Shown in pieces: positions 8,827-16,710 of a DNA stretch of 33,179 bases (positions are counted from its first letter, which is position 1; every line of letters begins with the position of its first letter). A program made the position numbers and the translations under genes. The notes below the pieces were generated by a model that did not search any database, was not told where the DNA came from, and saw only the letters and a program-made list of their open reading frames with translations. Source of the stretch: Azospirillales bacterium (GTDB taxonomy: Bacteria; Pseudomonadota; Alphaproteobacteria; Azospirillales; Azospirillaceae); contig JBIJED010000001.1 of assembly GCA_044343785.1 (NCBI GenBank), positions 1 to 33,179 on the forward strand. The letters run 5' to 3'.

Positions 8827-10020
8827 TCAACGCTCCACCAGCGCGATGCGCTTGTTGTACCAGTTCATGAACAGCGAGATGGACAGGCTGACCGTGAGGT
8901 ATGCCGCCATGATGATGGCGATGCCCTCGATCGCCTGCCCGGTCTGGTTCAGCGTGGTGTTGGCGACCGACACGATGTCCGGATAGCCGATCGCGACCGC
9001 GAGCGACGAATTCTTCGTGACGTTCAGGTACTGGCTGGTCATCGGTGGGATGATCACCCGGAGCGCCTGTGGCAGGATCACGAGGTTGAGGGTGCGGTTG
9101 TTGTGCAGGCCGACCGCCTGCGCCGCCTCCCACTGCCCCTTGGGCACGGCGAGGATGCCGGCGCGGACGATCTCGGCGATGAAGGCCGCCGTGTAGACGA
9201 CGAGGCCGACGGTCAGGGCCGCGAACTCCGGCGTCAGGGTGGCGCCGCCGACGAAGTTGAAGCCGCGCAGGGCCGGCATGTCCCAGGCCAGCGGAGCGCC
9301 GAGCGCCAGCCACACGACGATCGGGAGTGCCACCATCATCCCGAGGTTCGGGAGCAGGACCGGCGGCCGCTTGCCCGTGCGCACCTGCGTGGCGTTGGCG
9401 CTGCGGGTGTAGACCCAGGCGCCGACGATGCCGGCCGCCAGCGCGCCCACGACCCAGACGTGAAGGTCGTCCCAGACCGGCCAGGGCACCTTGATGCCGC
9501 GGTTCGAGAGGAAGACGCCCTCGCCCAGCTTCATCGCCTGCCGCGGTCCGGGAAGCCCCTGGAGCAGCGTGTACCAGAGGAACAGCTGAAGCAGCAGCGG
9601 GGTGTTCCGCACCACCTCGACGTACGCCGACGCGATCCTCGCGAGCAGCCAGTTCTTCGACAGCCGGGCGATGCCGATCACCGTGCCGAGGATCGTCGCC
9701 AGCACGATGCCGACGACGGCGACCTTGAGCGTGTTCAGGAGGCCGACGATCAGGGCGCGCTGATAGCTGTCGGCCGGGGAATAGGCGATCATCGCCTCGC
9801 CGATCGGCAGCCCCGCCTCCCGGCCGAGGAACCCGAAGCCGGTCGCGATGCGCCGGGCCTCCAGGTTGGCGATGGTGTTGCTGACGAGGTACCAGATCCC
9901 CAGCGCGACGATGCCGAGGACGAGAACCTGCCAGAAGATCGCGCGAACTGCCTCGTTCTGGAGCGAGAAGCCGCCCCCTCGGACAGACCGGCGAGACCGT
10001 TCCGTGTTGCTGATGGCCAC
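8827..10020 (-). CDS. aapQ: General L-amino acid ABC transporter permease
   Basis: 397-aa polytopic membrane protein, AapQ/BztB-like. EAA-like loop WEAAQAVGLHNNRTLNLVILPQALR. Stop lies 4 nt before the aapM start. Confidence 0.9.
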   Translation of the reverse strand: MAISNTERSRRSVRGGGFSLQNEAVRAIFWQVLVLGIVALGIWYLVSNTIANLEARRIATGFGFLGREAGLPIGEAMIAYSPADSYQRALIVGLLNTLKVAVVGIVLATILGTVIGIARLSKNWLLARIASAYVEVVRNTPLLLQLFLWYTLLQGLPGPRQAMKLGEGVFLSNRGIKVPWPVWDDLHVWVVGALAAGIVGAWVYTRSANATQVRTGKRPPVLLPNLGMMVALPIVVWLALGAPLAWDMPALRGFNFVGGATLTPEFAALTVGLVVYTAAFIAEIVRAGILAVPKGQWEAAQAVGLHNNRTLNLVILPQALRVIIPPMTSQYLNVTKNSSLAVAIGYPDIVSVANTTLNQTGQAIEGIAIIMAAYLTVSLSISLFMNWYNKRIALVER

Positions 10021-10161
10021 CCTCGACGCTCCCTGTTCACCGCGGCCGCTTCTGTGGCGGTCATGTGCAACCCGCGGACCAATGACGTGACGACGTCACG
10101 CCGTTGACATTAACGCATGACGGCGGGTCACAGCACCCTTCCCCTGACGGACCCGAACGCA

Positions 10162-10193
10162 GGACGCCCCGCGGCGGTGGCCGCGGGGCGTCC
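10162..10193 (-). terminator. 14-bp perfect hairpin between aapJ and aapQ (intra-operon attenuator/mRNA stabiliser candidate)
   Basis: GGACGCCCCGCGGC (10162-10175), loop GGTG, GCCGCGGGGCGTCC (10180-10193), about 30 nt downstream of the aapJ stop. Confidence 0.55.
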
Positions 10194-10223
10194 GTCGATC
10201 GTGCGCGATGCGGTCAGCCGAAC

Positions 10224-11249
10224 TCAGCGAAGCGGCGGCGAGTACATCAGCCCGCCCTTGGTCCACAGGTTGTTGACGCCGCGGGGCAGGCCCAGCGGGA
10301 CGATGTTCCGCTCGAAGCTCTCGCCATAGTTCCCGACGGTCTTGATGATGTTGTAGGCCCAGCGGTTGTCGACGCCGAGCATCTGCCCGAGGTCGCCGGT
10401 CGCGCCGAGGAAGCGGCGCATGGCCGGATTCTCGCTGTTCGCCATGCTGTCGATGTTGGCGGACGTCAGGCCCAGTTCCTCGGCCTCGAGCATGGCGAAG
10501 AAGGTCCAGCGCACGAGGTCCGACCACTTGCTGTCGCCCTGGCGGACGGTGATGGCGAGCGGCTCCTTGGAGATGACCTCCGGCAGGATGACGAAGTCAC
10601 CGGCCTGCGCGCCCTGCGAGGCGCGGGTCGAGGCGAGGCCCGACACGTCGGTCGTGAGCGCGTCGCAACGACCGGCGAAGAAGGCGGCGTTCACCTCCTC
10701 CTGACGCTCGATGACGACGGCCGTGAAGCGCATGTTGTTGGCGCGGAAGTAGTCGGTCAGGTTCAGCTCGGTCGTGGTGCCGGGCTGCACGCAGATCGTG
10801 GCGCCGTTCAGCTCCTTGGCCGAGTTCACGCCCAGGCTCTTCTTCACCATGAAGCCCTGGCCGTCGTAGAAGTTCGTGCCCACGAAGTCGAGGCCGAGCT
10901 GCACGTCGCGCTGGAAGGTCCAGGTCGTGTTGCGGGGCATCATGTCCACCTCGCCCGACTGGACGGCGGTGAAGCGCTGCTGCGCCGTCAGCGGCACGTA
11001 GCGGACCTTGGTCGCGTCGTTGAACATGGCGATCGCGACGGCCCGGCAGGCGTCGACGTCCAGACCGCGCCAGACGCCCTGGCTGTCGGGCTGGGCGAAG
11101 CCGGCGAGGCCGGTGTTCACGCCGCACACGAGGGTGCCGCGCGCCTTGACGGCGTCGAAGATCGGCGACGTGGGCGCCTGGGCGTCGGCGGCGCCGAAGC
11201 CGGCGACCGTGAGCGCGGTGCCGAGCGCGAGAGTACGAAGAACGGACAT
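10224..11249 (-). CDS. aapJ: General L-amino acid ABC transporter periplasmic binding protein
   Basis: 341 aa. Signal peptide MSVLRTLALGTALTVAGFGAADAQA. AapJ/BztA-like body. RBS AAGGAGG upstream of the ATG. Confidence 0.9.
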   Translation of the reverse strand: MSVLRTLALGTALTVAGFGAADAQAPTSPIFDAVKARGTLVCGVNTGLAGFAQPDSQGVWRGLDVDACRAVAIAMFNDATKVRYVPLTAQQRFTAVQSGEVDMMPRNTTWTFQRDVQLGLDFVGTNFYDGQGFMVKKSLGVNSAKELNGATICVQPGTTTELNLTDYFRANNMRFTAVVIERQEEVNAAFFAGRCDALTTDVSGLASTRASQGAQAGDFVILPEVISKEPLAITVRQGDSKWSDLVRWTFFAMLEAEELGLTSANIDSMANSENPAMRRFLGATGDLGQMLGVDNRWAYNIIKTVGNYGESFERNIVPLGLPRGVNNLWTKGGLMYSPPLR

Positions 11250-11439
11250 GGAACCTCCTTGTTTCTGTGCGGACCACGCCCATTGGCGGGTGCGGTCGTT
11301 CTTGACCGACGTGCTGTTAGAGCATCGGAATAGACCGGTCTACACATAGTGCGATGCCAACGGCCCGGAAGGGTGGCCGTCTGGCCCGATGCCCTTCCGG
11401 CCGACGCGGATAAGGTCTAAACAACAGCGAACCTCGAAG

Positions 11440-12639
11440 ATGGACCCGCCGATGACCGACACGCCGTCCCAATCCGACGCCACCCGCCTCGCCCATCTCG
11501 GGCGCGACCCGTCCCGGCAGTTCGGCTACGTCAATCCGCCCGTGGTCCGCGGATCCACCTGGCTGGCGCCCGGCCTCGCCGGCTACGAGGCGAACGTGGC
11601 GAGGCAGACGGAAGAGTACAGCTACGCCCGGATCCGCAACCCGACCTCCAGCGCCTTCGAGGAGGCGGTCGCGGCACTGGAGGGCGGGCACCGCGCCGTG
11701 GTGGCGCCGAGCGGGCTGTCGGCGATCACCACCGCCGTCCTCGCCTTCGTGAAGGCGGGTGGGCACGCCCTCGTCACCGACAGCGTCTACTATCCGACCC
11801 GGCTTTTCTTCGACGGGCTCGTGGCCCGCTTCGGCGTGTCCGTCACCTATTACGACCCCGCGATCGGCGCCGGCATCGCGGCCCTGATGCGGCCGGAGAC
11901 GGGGATCGTCTACGTCGAGTCCCCCGGCTCGATCACCTTCGAGATGCAGGACATCCCCGCCATCGCGGCGGTCGCGCACGCCCACGGGGCGGTGGTGATC
12001 CACGACGGCACCTGGGGCACGCCGCTCCACTTCCGGAGCTTCGAGCATGGTGTGGACGTCTCCGTCCACGCGGCGACGAAGTATCTGGTCGGCCATTCGG
12101 ATGCGATGCTGGGCGTGGTCGTCTGCAACGCGGCGACGTTCGACCGCGTGAAGGCGTCGGCGGTGGGGCTGGGGGTCTGCGCCTCCCCCGACGACGTGTT
12201 CCTCGGCCTGCGCGGCCTGCGGACGCTCGGCGTCCGGCTGGAACGGCACTGGGCGTCGGGCGTGGAACTCGCCCGCTGGCTGGAGACGCGGCCGGAGGTG
12301 GCGCGGGTCCTCCACCCCGCCCTGCCCTCCCATCCCGGCCACGCCATCTGGAAGCGCGACTTCCGGGGTGCGTGCGGGCTCTTCGGGCTGGTGCTGCGCC
12401 CGGTGCCGTCGAAGGCGGTCGAGGCGATGGTCGACGGGCTGTCGCTCTTCGGCGTGGGCGCCAGCTGGGGCGGGTTCGAGAGCCTGATCCTGCGCTCCCA
12501 TCCCCGCACGATCCGCACGGCTGTCCCCTGGACCGAGGAGGGAACCCTTCTGCGGATCCATGTCGGGCTGGAGGACGTGGCGGACCTGAAGGCGGACCTC
12601 GCCGCCGGCTTCGACCGCCTGCGGAGTGCCGCCGGATGA
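11440..12639 (+). CDS. metC: Cystathionine beta-lyase (PLP-dependent, Cys/Met metabolism family)
   Basis: ORF 11389..12639. I prefer the ATG at 11440 (MDPPMTDTPSQSDATRLAHLGRD...) because the 11389 ATG sits inside a 9-bp-stem leader hairpin. PLP-lysine context SVHAATKYLVGHSD. C-terminus LLRIHVGLEDVADLKADL is typical of the family. Confidence 0.88.
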   Translation: MDPPMTDTPSQSDATRLAHLGRDPSRQFGYVNPPVVRGSTWLAPGLAGYEANVARQTEEYSYARIRNPTSSAFEEAVAALEGGHRAVVAPSGLSAITTAVLAFVKAGGHALVTDSVYYPTRLFFDGLVARFGVSVTYYDPAIGAGIAALMRPETGIVYVESPGSITFEMQDIPAIAAVAHAHGAVVIHDGTWGTPLHFRSFEHGVDVSVHAATKYLVGHSDAMLGVVVCNAATFDRVKASAVGLGVCASPDDVFLGLRGLRTLGVRLERHWASGVELARWLETRPEVARVLHPALPSHPGHAIWKRDFRGACGLFGLVLRPVPSKAVEAMVDGLSLFGVGASWGGFESLILRSHPRTIRTAVPWTEEGTLLRIHVGLEDVADLKADLAAGFDRLRSAAG

Positions 12640-13037
12640 GGGCCGTCGACGCGGTCCTCGCCGAACTCCGCTTCGACGACGCCGGGCTCGTCGCCGCGAT
12701 CGCGCAGGACGCCGACGACGGCGAGGTGCTGATGATGGCGTGGATGAACGCCGACGCGGTCCGCGAAACGCTGGAGACCGGCCGCGTCTGCTACTGGTCG
12801 CGGTCCCGCCGGTCGCTGTGGCGCAAGGGCGAGACCTCCGGTCAGGTCCAGGCGCTGGTCGAGTTCCGCATCGACTGCGACGGCGACGCAGTGCTGTTGC
12901 GCATCCGGCAGGAGGGCGTGGCCTGCCACACCGGCCGGCGCAGCTGCTTCTACCGCACGGCGCGCGACGGCGGGCTCGAGGAGCGCCTGCCGGTCACGGT
13001 CCCGCCGGAGCGCCTCTACGGCGGCGGGCGATTCTGA
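12636..13037 (+). CDS. hisI: Phosphoribosyl-AMP cyclohydrolase
   Basis: ATG at 12636 overlaps the metC TGA (ATGA). MRAVDAVLAELRFDDAGLVAAIAQDADDGEVLMMAWMNADAVRETLETGRVCYWSRSRRSLWRKGETSGQVQ...DCDGDAVLLRIRQEGVACHTGRRSCFY is a textbook monofunctional HisI. Confidence 0.9.
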   Translation: MRAVDAVLAELRFDDAGLVAAIAQDADDGEVLMMAWMNADAVRETLETGRVCYWSRSRRSLWRKGETSGQVQALVEFRIDCDGDAVLLRIRQEGVACHTGRRSCFYRTARDGGLEERLPVTVPPERLYGGGRF

Positions 13038-13126
13038 CGGCGCGTACCATCTTTGATCTGGATCAAGGTCCGGGGGCCCGACCCGTCCTATCAAGAGGGC
13101 GTCTCGAACCCTCCAAGTTCGAACTT

Positions 13127-13162
13127 CGCCGGGGCCCGCAAGGACCCCGGCGATTTTCTTTT
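13127..13162 (+). terminator. Rho-independent terminator after hisI
   Basis: CGCCGGGG (13127-13134) / CCCCGGCG (13145-13152) followed by ATTTTCTTTTC. Confidence 0.65.
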
Positions 13163-14130
13163 CAGGCTCCCGGGCCGAGCGTCCGCCCGAGCCGGCCCGC
13201 GAGGTCCTGGACGAACTGCCAGGCCACGCGCCCCGACCGTCCGCCCCGGGTGACCGACCATTCCACCGCCTCCGCCCGCAGCCGTTCGACGGGGACGTCG
13301 AGCCCGTGCGTCGCGGCGTAGCCCTCGATCATGGCGAAGAACGTGTCCTGGTCGCAGACGTGGAAGCCGAGCCAAAGGCCGAAGCGGTCGGACAGACTGA
13401 CCTTCTCCTCCACCGCCTCGCCGGGGTTGATGGCGGTCGCCCGCTCGTTCTCGATCATGTCACGCGGCATCAGGTGGCGCCGGTTCGACGTGGCGTAGAA
13501 GACGACGTTCCCCGGCCGCCCCTCGATCCCGCCCTCCAGCACCGCCTTCAGCGACTTGTAGGTGCTGTCGCCGCCGTCGAAGGACAGGTCGTCGCAGAAC
13601 AGGACGAACCGGCGCGCACTCTCGCGCAGATGCCCGAGGAGGCGCGGCAGCGTGGGGATGTCCTCCCGCGCGATCTCGACCAGCGCCAGCGATCCTGGCC
13701 GCTCCGCGACCACGGCCGCGTGCACCGCCTTGACCAGCGAGCTCTTGCCCATGCCGCGCGCACCCCACAGAAGCGCGTTGTTCGCCGGCAGCCCGGCGGC
13801 GAAGCGGCGCGTGTTCTCCAAAAGGATCTCGCGCTGGCGCCCGATCCCCTGGAGGAGCACGAGGTCGACGCGGTTGACCGTGCGGACCGGGTCGAGGCGA
13901 TCCGGTCCGGTGTGCCAGACGAAGGCGTCGGCCGCGTCGGTGTCGACGCCGCCGGTCGTGGGCGGCGCCAGCCGTTCGAGGGCTTCGGCGATCCGGACGA
14001 GCAGCGGCAGCAGGATCTCGGTTTCCGGGAGAGGGTTTGGCACGGCGGCGGAACACCCATGTAGATGTGCGAGCGCGCGGGACCGTATCACGGTGCCGTC
14101 GCGTGGCAACCGGGCGGGTTCGGTTTGCAA
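13162..14130 (-). CDS. DUF815-family AAA-type ATP-binding protein
   Basis: 322-aa ORF (its listed start is TTG). Walker A LLWGARGMGKSSLVKA, Walker B-like FVLFCDDLSFD. Divergent from yajC-secD, as is common in alphaproteobacteria. The start is uncertain; a GTG at 14043 would give about 293 aa, closer to the usual family length. Confidence 0.8.
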   Translation of the reverse strand: MQTEPARLPRDGTVIRSRALAHLHGCSAAVPNPLPETEILLPLLVRIAEALERLAPPTTGGVDTDAADAFVWHTGPDRLDPVRTVNRVDLVLLQGIGRQREILLENTRRFAAGLPANNALLWGARGMGKSSLVKAVHAAVVAERPGSLALVEIAREDIPTLPRLLGHLRESARRFVLFCDDLSFDGGDSTYKSLKAVLEGGIEGRPGNVVFYATSNRRHLMPRDMIENERATAINPGEAVEEKVSLSDRFGLWLGFHVCDQDTFFAMIEGYAATHGLDVPVERLRAEAVEWSVTRGGRSGRVAWQFVQDLAGRLGRTLGPGA

Positions 14131-14226
14131 CCGCCGGAACGGTCGCTATAGTCCGCCGGCCTTCGGGCCAAACGAATTCAGCCGGCCGGCGGTCCGCCGT
14201 CGGTGTGCGCACGACGAGGGGTTCCC

Positions 14227-14667
14227 ATGTTCATCTCGACCGCCTACGCCCAGGCCGGCGGCGCGCCCGGCGGCGCGTTCGACCTGGTGTCGTTCCTCCC
14301 GCTCATCCTGATCTTCGTGGTCTTCTACTTCCTGCTGATCCGCCCGCAGCAGAAGAAGATGAAAGAGCACCGGTCGATGCTCGACGCGCTGCGCCGCGGC
14401 GACCGCGTCGTCACCGGCGGCGGCATCGTCGGCACGGTGGTCAAGGTCGGGACCGACGACGAGGTGATGATCGAGATCGCCGAGGGCGTGCGGGTGCGCG
14501 TCCTGAAGCCCACCATCACCACCGTGCTCGCCAAGCCCGATCCGGCCCGGAAGGGCGGCGGCGGGACGACCGCGAACGACGAGCCGGCCAACGCCGACGG
14601 CGCCGCGCCGGCCCCGGCGGTCCAGCCCGCGCCGACGGGCCTCGCCAGGCTGTTCGGCCGCAAGTGA
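14227..14667 (+). CDS. yajC: Preprotein translocase subunit YajC
   Basis: ATG at 14227. MFISTAYAQAGGAPGGAFDLVSFLPLILIFVVFYFLLIRPQQKKMKEH...GDRVVTGGGIVGTV is the YajC signature. Low-complexity Ala/Pro/Gly C-terminal tail. Confidence 0.9.
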   Translation: MFISTAYAQAGGAPGGAFDLVSFLPLILIFVVFYFLLIRPQQKKMKEHRSMLDALRRGDRVVTGGGIVGTVVKVGTDDEVMIEIAEGVRVRVLKPTITTVLAKPDPARKGGGGTTANDEPANADGAAPAPAVQPAPTGLARLFGRK

Positions 14668-14705
14668 GACTTTCCCTTTAGGACGCCGTCCGGGACCCCG
14701 TCGCG

Positions 14706-16271
14706 ATGCTCCAGTTCCCCCGTTGGAAGATCATCACCATCATCGTCGCGTGCCTGCTCGGCTTCGTGTACGCGGCGCCGAACGTGCTTCCGCGGAGCGT
14801 CACCGACCGGCTCGAGGGGCTCCCCTCCTGGCTTCCCGGACGGACGATCAGCCTCGGTCTCGACCTTCAGGGTGGCTCGCACCTGCTGCTTCAGGTCGAA
14901 TCCCGCGCGGTCGTCCAGGAGCGGCTGAACGGCCTGCTCGACGAGATGCGGACGCGGCTGAGGACGGCGAACATCGGCTATCTCGACCTGCGCGTCGAAG
15001 GAAACGGCGTCGTCTTCACGGTGCGCGAGGCCGCCCAGATCGCACGGGCGCAGGAGGCGGCCCGCGCGGCCGAGAGCGATCTCGTCACCTCGGCCGACGG
15101 AACCCGCGTGACCGTCGCCCTGACGGAGGCGGCCATCACGGCCCGCCGGCGGCAGGCGGTGGACCAGTCGATCGAGATCGTGCGCCGCCGCGTCGACGAG
15201 ACGGGGACGCGCGAACCCCTCATCCAGCGGCAGGGCGAGGACCGCATCGTCCTCCAGTTGCCCGGCATCGACGATCCGGAGCGGGTCAAACGCCTGCTCG
15301 GCCAGACGGCCAAGCTCAGCTTCCGCTTCGTCGACGAGACGGTGGGCCCGCAGGACCTCGCCCAGGGACGCGTGCCCGCCGGGATCGAGGTCCTGCCCAA
15401 CGCCGACCGCGGCGGCCTGATCGCCGTTCAGCGGCGGGTGATGGTCAGCGGCGACACGCTGGTCGACAGCCAGCCGTCCTTCCAGAACGGTCAGCCGGTC
15501 GTCAGCTTCCGCTTCGACAGCATCGGCGCGCGCCGGTTCGCCGACGCGACCCGGGACAACGTCGGGCGTGCCTTCGCCATCGTGCTGGACGACCGGGTGA
15601 TCAGCGCCCCCGTCATCCGCGAGCCGATCCTGGGCGGGTCGGGCGTCATCTCCGGAAGCTTCACGACCCAATCGGCCAGCGACCTCGCGCTGCTGCTGCG
15701 TGCGGGCGCCCTGCCCGCCCCCCTCACGGTGCTGGAGGAGCGGACGGTCGGCCCGGGCCTGGGCGCCGATTCGATCGCCGCGGGCGAGATCGCCTCCATC
15801 GCGGGCCTCGGGCTCGTCGTCGTGCTGATGGTGGTCGGCTACGGCCTGTTCGGCGTGTTCGCGATCGCCGCGCTCCTCATCAACATGGTCTTCATCTTCG
15901 CCTTCATGTCGCTCCTCCAGGCGACGCTGACGCTGCCGGGCATCGCCGGCATCGTGCTGTCGATCGGCATGGCGGTGGACGCGAACGTGCTGATCTACGA
16001 GCGCATGCGGGAGGAGATGCGGGCCGGGCGGTCGGTCATGGCCGTCATCGACGCGGGCTACAGCCGCGCGATGAGCGCCATCGTCGATTCGAACATCACC
16101 AGCCTGATCGCCTGCCTCCTGCTCTACGCCTTCGGAACCGGGCCGGTGCGCGGCTTCGCCGTCACCCTCGGCGTCGGAATCACCGCGTCGATGTTCACCG
16201 CCATCATGGTCACCCGCCTGATGATCGTGACGTGGATGCGCCGCACCCGTCCCAAGGCGATCCCCATCTGA
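14706..16271 (+). CDS. secD: Protein translocase subunit SecD
   Basis: 521 aa. N-terminal TM helix, large periplasmic domain, C-terminal six-TM block (LPGIAGIVLSIGMAVDANVLIYERMREE...). Confidence 0.95.
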   Translation: MLQFPRWKIITIIVACLLGFVYAAPNVLPRSVTDRLEGLPSWLPGRTISLGLDLQGGSHLLLQVESRAVVQERLNGLLDEMRTRLRTANIGYLDLRVEGNGVVFTVREAAQIARAQEAARAAESDLVTSADGTRVTVALTEAAITARRRQAVDQSIEIVRRRVDETGTREPLIQRQGEDRIVLQLPGIDDPERVKRLLGQTAKLSFRFVDETVGPQDLAQGRVPAGIEVLPNADRGGLIAVQRRVMVSGDTLVDSQPSFQNGQPVVSFRFDSIGARRFADATRDNVGRAFAIVLDDRVISAPVIREPILGGSGVISGSFTTQSASDLALLLRAGALPAPLTVLEERTVGPGLGADSIAAGEIASIAGLGLVVVLMVVGYGLFGVFAIAALLINMVFIFAFMSLLQATLTLPGIAGIVLSIGMAVDANVLIYERMREEMRAGRSVMAVIDAGYSRAMSAIVDSNITSLIACLLLYAFGTGPVRGFAVTLGVGITASMFTAIMVTRLMIVTWMRRTRPKAIPI

Positions 16272-16299
16272 GCCGGGGCGGCGCCCCGGCGGAGGCCCG

Positions 16300-16677
16300 A
16301 TGGTCGACATCACGCCGATCATTCCCGCCGACCGGCAGGTCATCGACACCTACGGTCCCGGCATCTTCCGTGTCGCGAACACGATCCACCGGACACCGCT
16401 GATCGTGTTCCCCGACCGGACGCTGCCCTGGTCGCCCCCGGCGTTCGAGGCCCTGTCGGTGGCCGACTTCGCCCCGGTCGTCGAGCGCGCGGCGGAGGTC
16501 GGGGTGGTCCTGCTGGGCTGCGGTCCGCGGATGCTTCCCGTGCCACGCGCGCTGCGCCAGGCCGTGCGCGACGCCGGCATCGTCATGGATCCGATGGACA
16601 CCGGGGCCGCCTGCCGGACCTACAACGTGCTCCTCGCCGAGGGGCGGCGCGTCGCGGCCGTGCTCTACATGGTCTGA
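16300..16677 (+). CDS. Mth938-like/DUF498 protein (NDUFAF3 homologue)
   Basis: 125 aa. IDTYGPGIFRVANTIHRTPLIVFPD...VVLLGCGPRMLPVPRALRQAVRDAGIVMDPMDTGAACRTYNVLLAEGRRVAAVL matches the DUF498 pattern, including AACRTYN. Confidence 0.85.
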   Translation: MVDITPIIPADRQVIDTYGPGIFRVANTIHRTPLIVFPDRTLPWSPPAFEALSVADFAPVVERAAEVGVVLLGCGPRMLPVPRALRQAVRDAGIVMDPMDTGAACRTYNVLLAEGRRVAAVLYMV

Positions 16678-16710
16678 GTTCAGTCAGGCCGCACAGGACG
16701 GATTCCGCCT

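Noticed and set aside
11343-11362. A sigma54 (-24/-12) promoter for aapJ: minus-strand TGGCAT-N5-TATG.
   Set aside because: The -12 element lacks the conserved GC of TTGC(A/T). Only the GG half matches, so it is not reportable.
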